NCBI GenBank assembly: GCA_030704615.1
Contig: CM060732.1
Location: 2,728,001 to 2,792,000 of the forward strand
DNA: 64,000 nt
Source: Takakia lepidozioides
Taxonomy: Eukaryota > Plantae > Bryophyta
Direction of reading: 5' to 3'
The stretch's first letter is position 1, and each line of letters begins with the position of its first letter. The translations under genes and the position numbers were made by a program. This document shows, one piece after another, positions 10,176 through 20,439 of the stretch. The notes beneath the pieces are model-generated. The model did not search any database. It worked only from the letters and a program-made list of their open reading frames with translations, and was not told the origin of the DNA.

Positions 10176-12312
10176 CTACTCTCCTACACCCTCTGAGGAA
10201 CTTGCCCCGCCTTCCTCCTCATCCCCCTCATCCCCCCCATCCTCGGAGCTCTGTGATGCATCAGTTCCACTATGCCTCTCAAAAATTCCGTCCTCTCCTT
10301 GGGGGACTGTCCACCTCACCTCCTGGGAAGCTTCTGCCTCTTCTCCCCCACTTTCCTCAGCAGAATCCAAGACAAATCTATGAGCCTGACTCGCTCTAAT
10401 AGCTACTGCCTCCTCCCTCATCTTCATTTTCTTGAGGCTTGCCTCGTCTAAAATCTGTTGTGCACGACTAGGTTCGGAAGACCTCCTAATGGACACCAAA
10501 GCAAGCCGGGCAGCATAAGTAGGAAGGATGTAGTCCCTTTCTGGACTAGGCATGAAATCCCCCCTGGCAAAAAAAAGCACGTTCCTCCTGCCCATGAACT
10601 GCAGTGTAGACGTCCCTCCTGCAGTACTTGGCATCCTACAGTAAGAACAAATCCACTTTAAGAATGTCAATACCAGCAGAAGCAAAAAAGGGTCTTTCAA
10701 TGAAATAAGAGAGCAAAGGGAGGTGCCTCACGAAATCAGGAGGCAACTTACAATGCGACCAATCACTCGTAAACCGGGGGCTCCTCGGCCTCAATCCCAA
10801 CTTGTACCTCCCCCTGCTCCTTGTCGGATTCTTCCTCATCCTCCGAGGATGCCTCTTCCTCTTTCGGTAGACGTTAAGCCGCTGCAAGTTTGGAGTTGTG
10901 GAGGGCAGTATCTGGCTCGAAGGCGAAGACATGCCTGTCGGACAACGTCCCTGCCCACATTGAGGCACCTGAGGGACAAAGCGGGCGGTTAGTAGCATGC
11001 GGCATGCAATTGCAATCGGGCCAGGGGACAAACTGTGCACGTGAAGGCTTACCCGTGCCGCATGTGAGGTCAAGAATCCGCCCTTGGACATCCGAGCACG
11101 TCTCCATGAGGGTTTGGATGAAAGCAGGGCTCCGGGTCCGGCTGTACCGCCACGGTTTGCCTGTCTTTGTGTCCTTCGGCATACTGGAGTGGGGCACATA
11201 GTTGTAGAGGACATCGTAGGTAACAGGGTCCACAGCGGCATCAACAAGACGACCGTCGTTGTGGAATTTGAACGTAGACCCTCTCTTCATAAAACAATAT
11301 GCCTCAAACACCAATGTCTGCACATCCAACAAAAGAGGGATCAACTCCAGGGTCTACTTCAGATACACCACAATATGAAGTGAATGCAATAGATTGATAA
11401 CTTACACTCTGGCCCTCTGTTCGCAACCCCTGCGTATTGATGCAGGACCATTTTTTGAGGAGGACCGGGGTGACACTTTTTGGTGTCCACCTTGCCACAA
11501 CATTGTCTGTGGTCTTCCCTCTTGTGGCAAGGACCACCATACATCCACCGTCATCCAGGAGCATCCCCGCTAGCCCAAACCCGGCTCTCCAGTAGTCCTC
11601 AGTAAACCTGTTCCAGGTGGGCACACCATCCAGGCCCTCCAGCAGCTCCCCATCTGGAATATCGAGGAGAATCATATCGCAGGCTCTCTCCATCTCTACC
11701 CCACCCCGAGTGCTCTTGCAATCCGTGCTCACAGCCGTGAAGAACTCCATCATGGATTCGAAACCAGGGGTGTCTTTAGGCTCTGTACTGGGAGCCCTCT
11801 TCTTGGCTTTTTCCTTCTGCTCCTCCACAGACTTGCTGTGTGCCACCTTCTTCGCCCTAGCAGCCAGAGCATCAAGGAAGCTCTCATTGACACATTGGAT
11901 GATGGTTGGGGGTTCTAGCTTTGGCCTCTTCGGAAATGTCACCGCCGAATACCGCCGTGTAGGCTCGCCCTCAAATGCCAACTTCTTGGCAGAGCTAGTC
12001 CCAGACCGAACTGACTTGGGAACTCGGACGACCGGTGACTTGGTAGCAACAGCAGCAGTCGCAGGACCTTGCACAAAGTCATCGTCGGAGTCACTCCCTT
12101 GGGGCCCCTCCTGCGCCTCCTCTGGTGCCCCGGTGGTTTTCTGTTTTTTGGGGGTTACTGTACTCCCCTGTTTCCGTGTCCTTTTCTTTTGTCCTTTATT
12201 CTTCTCATTCAATTTCTCTTGAATACCTGCCTGAGCAAGCTCTGCCGCTTTCCTGGACTGGGCAAGCGCTCTCGCCTCCTTTGGACCCAGCGGAGGCAGC
12301 GGAGCCCGGTTT
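10176..12312 (-). pseudogene. Spliced beta-class N4-cytosine/N6-adenine DNA methyltransferase-like gene (N6_N4_Mtase-like), 5'-truncated
   Basis: Motif IV-like CDMILLDIPDG precedes motif X/I-like RSPAFIQTLMETCS.VQGRILDLTCGTG|ASMWAGTLSDRHVFAFEPD. GT-AG introns 11405-11318 (phase 0) and 11052-10969 (phase 1) restore the frame. In-frame TAA (10874) and TGA (about 10766) fall in the acidic tail; the last exon is in ORF 10176-10700. Confidence 0.75.
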
Positions 12313-12809
12313 CATCGAGCCTCATAATATCGGCATTTAGAAGTCCTTTAGATGCTCTATGCTTATTTCAGGTATCATCAAGGATGCCTTACTTTTCATA
12401 CCCAATCAATCAACCATACTATTGCTGGAGAAGATCATACCTGGCCAAGGGGGATTCATACCCCAAGGCTTTCAGTACATCATTCTAGTTTGGAATGTGT
12501 TTGCTGCCTATCTGCCAAGGCTCCTCAAAAAATATTGTCAGTACACATCAGAATGAGAAGGTGAAACAGGAAAGGAGAAGGGTAGATGGTGTGTACAAAA
12601 ACCACTAAGTACATTGATCAGATAAAGAGAGGGAAGATATACATGTCATGTCAAGACATGGACAAGACCACTAAGGTCATTGTCATTGAAAGACAAAGCA
12701 GCCCTTTACAGGGCACCCTCTAACAACCACTTCCATGTTTACCATCTCATTTGAATATCCCATTACATTTCAGGGTATCTGAAAAAACAGGGTGGGAGGG
12801 GGATTCTTG

Positions 12810-13360
12810 GTCAATCATATTATGAAAGCACCATAGTTTGACATACAACGATCACCACCATACTTGCCAATTGTAACATCATTTCAAAAACCAGATTGCA
12901 GGTCTGGAGATAAATCTCGAGAGCCAAGCACATAGTTCTTTAAATTGCAATTGAAACAACAAGCCATACATGTCTTAAGCATTTGCCTGTTGACAAAATG
13001 ATTCCTCATTTTTTGTTGACATGGGTCAAGCCTTATATAATCCAGTTCTTGAGCCATTCATCTTCCTAAAAAGGCATCCTGTGTTGGCTTGCAACCGATC
13101 TATCAGTGCCAAGACACATGCAAGATTCATTAAAGTAGAAACGGGGCTGAGTTTTTTCAGGCATATGCAGGCCTGGATTGGTATTCCAGGGCCTCATAAA
13201 CAGCTCTGCTAGGGTAAAAAATAAATAACTCAGAATTCCAGGTCAATCCTATCATGAAAGCACCATGGTTTAATAAAAAATTCACCTATACTTGCAGATT
13301 GTACCTTCATTTCAGAAACCAGATTGCAGGTCTGGAGATAATCTCCAGAACCAAGCCCTT
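12810..13360. repeat. Diverged direct duplication of about 120 bp (12810-12930 and 13241-13358)
   Basis: Shared gtcaatc..atgaaagcaccat.gttt...aaaccagattgcaggtctggagataa..tc..ga.ccaagc. Confidence 0.7.
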
Positions 13361-14198
13361 CAAGCAACAAGTGTCTTTCTTGCTTAGTTTTATCAAGTAA
13401 GAATATCTCTACACCTAGCAAGGTGTATCATGACCAGGTTTAGGCCATGAAAAAGTATTTAAAACTGTCATGCTAGGCTACTTGCTGGACCATAAAGGTT
13501 ACTGTTTTAGAATCCAGTTTTTGAATAAGTCGCCTTCCTAAAAAAACAGCCAGCCTGAAGGTATCATAGCATTGCAAATGAATGAGCAAGCATTACATGC
13601 AATGACATGGCTTATTTGAGTCTCTGTAAGGAGCTGCAGGTCTGGAATGGAATTCCAGGACTTCATGATCAAAACTCTGCCAGGGTAGAAGGTAAGAAGC
13701 ACACAACACCTACCAGCAAGCAGGTCTTGAAAATCAAAATTATGATGGGGTGTCGAGCAACTTTTACTCACCCATCCCTTCGCTATCCGAGGTGGAAACT
13801 CCAAGATAGAAGAGTTGGATATCTCTAAGCACTCAGCCCGCTCAGAACAATCAGTCATGACCTGCAGCTAGTGAATCATGGTTGTGCTTCATATTTGTAT
13901 TCATTCTTGCCTTCATGTTATCAATTTACCTTACCGTGTATACTGAAGCATCAGATTGCTTCAGTATCTACTAAGTTCCAATTAATCATGCATTCATTCC
14001 ACAGCTTCTCTCGTGTCTCTCTACACAGTATGTTTGTATCGATTCAGTATCGGATTAAGATTAATCATGTATCATGCCTATGCCTTGGTGTCTCTGATCT
14101 ACCCTACTGTATAATTTTATAGCTTGCATGAATTAAGCCTCAATCAAATCATCATCTCCTCTTCCCTACTGTATAATTTTACAGCTTGCATGAATTAA

Positions 14199-15721
14199 GC
14201 GTCAATACAGATAGGCTCGAGTCTACTCATCGTCCCTCCGATGAGCCTTTCTCATGGCCTTCAGACATGGAGCAAGTTTTCTTCTCCGGATCAGGAAATT
14301 GGAAGGTGGTTGTGCATGCTCAGCCAAGAGGAAGACGTATCTATCATGGTCGGGGATCTATATGGGGCGAGGCCAATGCGGAGGAGGAAGAGACTGGTCA
14401 TGATGACGCTGATGTTGGCCGAGGTTGGATAGAGGGGGTACAAGAGAATGATGACGCTCCGGACAATGCATCCCGGACCCTATACGATGAGGCTCCATCA
14501 AATGTAGATGTTGGAGAAGAAGATGAAGACATGGTCATTGAAACCGAGGTGGAAGATGATTCAGATGTGCCTTTTGGTGACCAGGCCATTTATGACAATG
14601 ACTCTGATGAGCAAGAAGACTTGCAGCTTGATGAGGACGAAGAAGAAGCGCTCCGGATGATGATGTTCAAGTCGATTAGACACGTAATCAAAGCTACATA
14701 ATAATTCTCGCACATAACTGTACCATCCCTTCGATTGATTGTACATGTACATGCATGTAGTTTATTTCTATGATTGATTAATGAAAAATCCATGAAAAAA
14801 ATCCTTTGTAGGTGTGGCGATCTAGGAATGATTTTAGTGAAGTTGTGACTCGAAAAGTGACTCTAGGATTGTTGAGTTTTTGTACGAGGGCAAGAATGTT
14901 GGAAGACATGGTTCTTGTTCTACAAGTGCTGACCAAGACTTACCCTTGGAAACCCTTCAATCGATTTGGTTACCATGATCTCGATGCAACAGAAAGAATC
15001 TTCAAAATTGGTGTGAAAGACAACAATGTTGCCAAAGCCATTGCCAAAGCAATCTACCCTCAACCCTCTAATCCATGGCCCTTCCCCTTTCCTTTCTAGT
15101 GTCCCCACCCCCTCTTCTTGCCCTTTGTCTTTAACACTAAGGCCGCCCGGGTTGATCACGGTCTCCCACATGCAAGATAGACCTTTATATTGTAGCACAG
15201 AAGGAGGACTAAAAAGATTTGCAACAATGGATCCATTCAGCTTGGCCTCTGCCATGACCTTTGCAAAGACACAGAAAAGGCAATTTTGCGATTCCCCGCC
15301 GTCACAGATCTGTTGGGGCATCGCAATTCCGTCGCAATACCGTCGCAAGGTGACCCATGGAGGTCGCAACCCCCTGCATTTACATTATTTTTGCGGATTT
15401 TTCCTACGAGCATGCGAGGGACGCTGCGACGCTGCGCCGTCGCCCCCACCAACGCCATCGGCTGGAGGGCCACGACGGCGAGACGTCGCTCGAAGGAGGC
15501 CCTTGCCATCGGCGCGGACGGCCCAAAAAGCGACGTCCGGCAGTCGGGGGTTGGGGCGGGGGCTCGCAATCCCCATACGTTGCTTTTGCGACGTCATTTT
15601 GGCGACGCCCATGCGACTGCCGGGCGTCGCAAATTCGGCGCCTGCCGCGTGCCCGAAATGCATTTTCATGCTTTTTGCGGTGTGGCCCGGGCGTTGCAAA
15701 AGGCCCCCTTTTCTTGTAGTG
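14199..15721 (+). mobile_element. CACTA (En/Spm) element right arm, copy 1
   Basis: Transposase C-terminal-like DEPFSWPSDMEQVFFS..WKVVVHAQPRGRR plus acidic tail; TGCGAC/GTCGCA subterminal repeats 15285-15640; terminus ttttcttgtagtg (= CACTACAAGAAAA) ending at 15721. Confidence 0.85.
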
Positions 15722-15799
15722 GAAGTTGAGGCTGAAGTTTAATATGCAAAAGCTACTATAGTTACATATCCTCATCCCCCTACACATGGGATTTGGTGC

Positions 15800-17658
15800 A
15801 GCCTACGCCAATCTTCTACTTTAGCTTTCAAAACAACCAACAACAAACAAGGAAGAGGAAAACAAGAAAGAACAACAAAAGAAGAAGAACAAGAAGAAGA
15901 AGAGAAGAAGAAAACCCCAACTCATCTTCAGAGTCCTCATCATCCCTTTTATATCTCCTGAGCATTCCCAATTGCTCAATTCTGTTGGTTGTTTCGAATG
16001 TCTCTTCCACTGTATTATGGGTAGCATATCCACTTTCTTTTGTAATTCAGGTTTTAGTCCACTCACAAACCAGGTCTTCTGTAATCCTGGTGCTGGTACA
16101 GCAGCCAGCTTTTTCATCATTAACTCCATCTTCTCCATGTATTCTTCAACAGTTTCATGCTTATTTTCCCTTAACTGTTATAAATTCCTATACACTTCAT
16201 CCTCAGTTTTGCTTGTCCTGAACATGTTTCGAAATGCTGTACTAAGGCCATTCCAGGTTAGGAAATGATTATTAGGAAACCTTGCATACCATTCATTTGC
16301 TTTCTTGATAAGTGAACAAGGAAACAGTCTCATCTTGGCATCATCGCCATTCTCATTGTTCACAATACACATGTGCTCAAATTGGCTGATGTGTACATCA
16401 GGATCCCCTTTTCCTCCATATATTGGAAAATGTGGTTTTTCCCGTGTTGGAGGTACCACCATCTCTGGCCCTACACCCTGCCCACTGACAGGTGCTGGTC
16501 CTCCTGTTGGTGCTGGTCCTTGAGGACCTGCTGTTGTAGTGGTGGAACTCCCACCAGGTGTTGGCCCCTGAGCACTCCCTACTACTGGCCCCTCTGTACT
16601 TACAGTATCCCTAGCTCCAATTGCACTACTTCCCACAGCCCCTGTCCCCCCAGAGCCAGATCCAAGCTGCCCGCCCGATCCCCCTGAGCTGACACCTTTG
16701 TTGGCCTGTGATCCAAGTGCTCCACTTGATCCAGGTCCAACAGGTTGGGATGTCCTGGTTGTAGTCTCAACCTCAACTGTTGGGTCTACTTCTTCATACT
16801 CTTCATCTTCCAATTTCTTCTCTCTGTTTTCATCTTCCAAGTTCTTCTCTTGGATTTCTTCTTCCTCACTCATATAACTCAACTGAAGTGGTGTTGGAGA
16901 GTCTGAACTCTCCGTTGGCTCTGCCACATCTTCCTCTTCTTCTTTGTCTCGTGATTCAGAAACTGGAGTTCCTGCTTTTGGTGTTCCATGCCAACTCTGA
17001 TCAAAGATTTCCGTCAAATCTTTAATCCAAGGATGTACCTCAGATCTTTCCCCTCATGGCTGATCTTCTTCTTGTATCAAATCCCTTAATCTTTCTTGTA
17101 AAGAATAAGAAGGAGTGGCATCCAACTCTGGAACTCTTCCGGTATGGATGATGTACTCTCTGGTCTTAATGGTGTGAGAGGTCCAGATGATTCCCCTATG
17201 TCTATTCCTCTCTCCCAAAGATATGGAATATTAGCTTTCAAATAACTTTCTCTTTTTGCTGAATATCTGTGGAGTCTAGCTTCTCTTTCATCACTCATGT
17301 CCCATGTCTTTCATATCTTTAATGAGGCAATAACCAAAACTCTCTTCTGTGGTATCTCTCGTATATGCCTGGATTTCTTTCAAGCTTTAATGCACCCTTG
17401 GCTATACTAGAAGACTCCGTTACCATATAACCATATGGCAAGCACGTTTGGAAAGCTGTTCTTGGTGTAAGTTTGATCCACATGATATCCTCTTTACCAG
17501 TACAAGTTCTTCATGCATATGAGTGTAAACATTCACTTTCCGTTCCTCCCAACTTTCAAACTCCACTCATTTAATAGTTAGCAATGCTATCACATAAACC
17601 AGTGTTGGTAACCAACTTGCTCTCCCTCTACAGGCCACTTGATAAATCTTTATCACTC
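15800..17658 (-). mobile_element. Ty3/gypsy gag fragment, second copy of the 6890-9956 family, capsid domain retained
   Basis: PIYGGKGDPDVHISQFEHMC...KMRLFPCSLIKKANEWY...TWNGLSTAF (Retrotrans_gag-like); clear nucleotide similarity to 7000-8160 in inverted orientation. Confidence 0.85.
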
Positions 17659-17659
17659 G

Positions 17660-17770
17660 CTGTGTAAGGCTGTGACAAGCTGTGTCAGACTGTGTAAGGT
17701 TTTTGTCAGACTGTGACAAGCTGTGTCTAACTGTGTAAGACTGTGACTGACTGTGTAAGCCTGTCTACCA
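17660..17770. repeat. 10-bp minisatellite (CTGTGNNNNN)n, about 11 units
   Basis: ctgtgtaagg ctgtgacaag ctgtgtcaga ctgtgtaagg ... Confidence 0.85.
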
Positions 17771-18034
17771 CCCCTAAGGCCTGTGTTGGTCTAAGTCTAC
17801 CATCCATAAGTCTGCGCAAAAATTAAGGATACCCCACAGAACCCGTAAAACTGTGTATGTCCCAGACAACCCTCTAACACCACATATTGGCCAAACTCCG
17901 TGTGGGGCAAGGGAGATACACGACCTGCTATGAGCAAACTTGAGTACATTGGAGAGCTTGAGAGCATACTCCAACTTTAGTATACAAGGTACCGGCCTCT
18001 TCTCTTCAAGGGAAGGTGGTTCCAGCCACATCTT

Positions 18035-19409
18035 GTGGGGCCCTCCGCAACACTAGTGCAAGATGATTGTGGTTTCATGCGCGTCAATGCAGATAGGCTC
18101 AACCCTATTCATCGTCCCTCCGATGAGCTTTTTCACGGCCTTCAGACATGGAGCAAGTTTTATTCTCCGATGACAAAACAAGAGGGGGGAATTGGAAGGT
18201 GGTTGTGCATGCTCAGCCAAAAGGAAGACGTATCTATCATGGTCTCGGATCTCCATGGGGTGAGGCAATTGCGGTGGACGGAGAGACTGGTCATAATGAT
18301 GCTGATGATGGAGGTTGGGTAGAGGGGGTAGAAGAGGATGATGACGCCCCGGACAATGCATCCCGGACCCTATATGATGAAGCTCCAGAAGATACGGATG
18401 TTGGAGAAGAAGACGAAGACACGGCCATTGACAACGAGGTGGAGGATGATTTGGAGGTGCCTTTTGAGGGCCGGGCCATTTATGACGATGACTCCGATGA
18501 CCAAGAAGACATGCAGCTTGATGAGGATGAAGAAGCTCTGGATGATGATGTTCAAGTTGATTAGACACAAAATCAAAGCTACGTAACAATTCGCGCACCG
18601 AACTGTACCCATCTCTTCAATTGATTGTACATGCATATTGTAGCTTATTTCTATGATTGATCAAATATGGCTGTGGCTGGTAGTCTTTCAAGAAAGAAGG
18701 CAGAGGCAATGAATATATTGGAGAACCACATACAGATGTGGTATCAAGAGAATTATCAAAATGAATGTCACAATCTACAAGAAGGTCCACAACAACAAGC
18801 TAAACCATAAAGAAAAAAACACCCTTACCCCAGTACCATATGAAAAAAAAAAAAAAAAAACTAAGAACCCCCAAAGGCCCTAAACCTAAACCTAGAAAGC
18901 CCTGTCGTCGCTGCCTGCGACACGTTTTTTTGGATTTATGAGGCCGGGGGTCGCAAACGGCGATGGCAAGCTGTCGCAAATTGTGACCTGTTTTTTTGTT
19001 TTAAAAGAATAGGGCAGCCAGGCAGTTTGCGACGCCCGGCCGTCGCACGGGCTTTTTGCCCTTCATGCCACCATGCGACGGCCTGGCGTTTCAAGAAAGG
19101 GCTGCGATGAAATAAAGGGCAAGAAAGGGTTTTTTTTTTCGGCGTGCGACAACCGGCTGTCGCCAGAAACCCTTCGCTGGGGGGTGACGCTTGGGCGTCG
19201 CACAGAAGGGCTACCTTTTGTCCTTCGTCTGCCCGTGCGACGGCCAGGCATTGCCGCCAGGCCTCGGCGCCAGGTTGCGATCCGCGGGGTTTGGTTGCGA
19301 CGGCCGGGCGTCGCAATCAGGCTCCGCGGGGTTGGCGTCGCACGCTCGATGCCGCGCGGGGCGTGGGGGCGCGGCTGGAGTCGCAAGCCCCCCCCCATTT
19401 GCTGTAGTG
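18035..19409 (+). mobile_element. CACTA element right arm, copy 2
   Basis: CGFMRVNADRL...DMEQVLFSDD...WKVVVHAQPKGRR, paralogous to 14199-14790; TGCGAC subterminal repeats 18905-19385; terminus tttgctgtagtg (= CACTACAGCAAA) at 19409. Confidence 0.85.
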
Positions 19410-20439
19410 TTCATGTTTGTTTTTTCATACTACTTACCTTGCTAGATTGACATGTAAACATCTGTGTGTTGCAGAATCGAACATGGTTGCTGAATAGGAT
19501 TGATGGAGGCTGCAGAGTCCAAGATGGTTGTATACCGGCCAGCTCATAATGCATGCACTTATAGGGATTTCTTTTTCGACCTAGTATGGTGTTTTACTCA
19601 TCCTACACAACTGTCTCTTCTCATGTTCCCTGCCCCTGCAGTTTTGGTCCCCTTCCTCTCATGAGTTGTCTCCCTCCCTCAATCCCTCACTTGCAAAACC
19701 CCAAACATCCTATCCCTCCCGAGTTTCTGCTCCCCCACTGTCTGGTCCCCCTAGCCGCTCCCCCTGTCTTCGCTGCCCACGTGTCACCTCCCTGACCACA
19801 GAATCGCCATGCATGTCACATCCAGTACTCTCCGCACATGTCTGCTCCCCTCTACTAACATCCCCCCAAGTGTCTGGTCCCCCTACTTTGATCCCCATGA
19901 TCTAACACTACCTAGGGGTTCGCACCCCCTTCACATCTCCCCATGCCTGCTCCCCCTTATGACCGCCCAGATCTCCCCACGTGTCGACATCAGTGATCCC
20001 CAGTCTGGTGCTGTCGCCACGTGTCCATCGGCTGATCCCCTGCTCCCCCACGCCTAGGTACACTGCACGTGCGGAATGTCTTCCTCGCAAAGTGACTCTT
20101 CGGTGGCGGCTCTTCGTTGTGGTTTTTCAGCTGCTCTCTTCTCTGTCGGGCAGGTGTCGGCCTCTCCCCCCGAGACGACTTCATCCGACGGGCCTCGTAT
20201 GGAAATTCGGCGCCGTTTTTCCTTCCGGGGAATGTTCTCTGTCGGGCAGGTGTCGGCCTCTCCCCCCGAGACAACTTCATCCGAACGGCCTCGGATGGAA
20301 ATTCGGCGCCATATCCTCTTTGCTGCGTATGCGTTGTGTTTTCCTTTTGTTTGTTCCAATCCGTGTGCTCTTCCTTGTTTTCTCTGGCTTCTGTTCCTTG
20401 CTTTTTTTTGTGTATTTCGGCGTCGTGTACTCATTGCCG

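Noticed and set aside
10176-12312. Bacterial contamination as the source of the methyltransferase
   Set aside because: The gene has GT-AG introns that restore the frame and is embedded among plant TEs.
18878-18896. Interstitial telomeric repeat (ccctaaacctaaacctag)
   Set aside because: Only 2-3 degenerate units.
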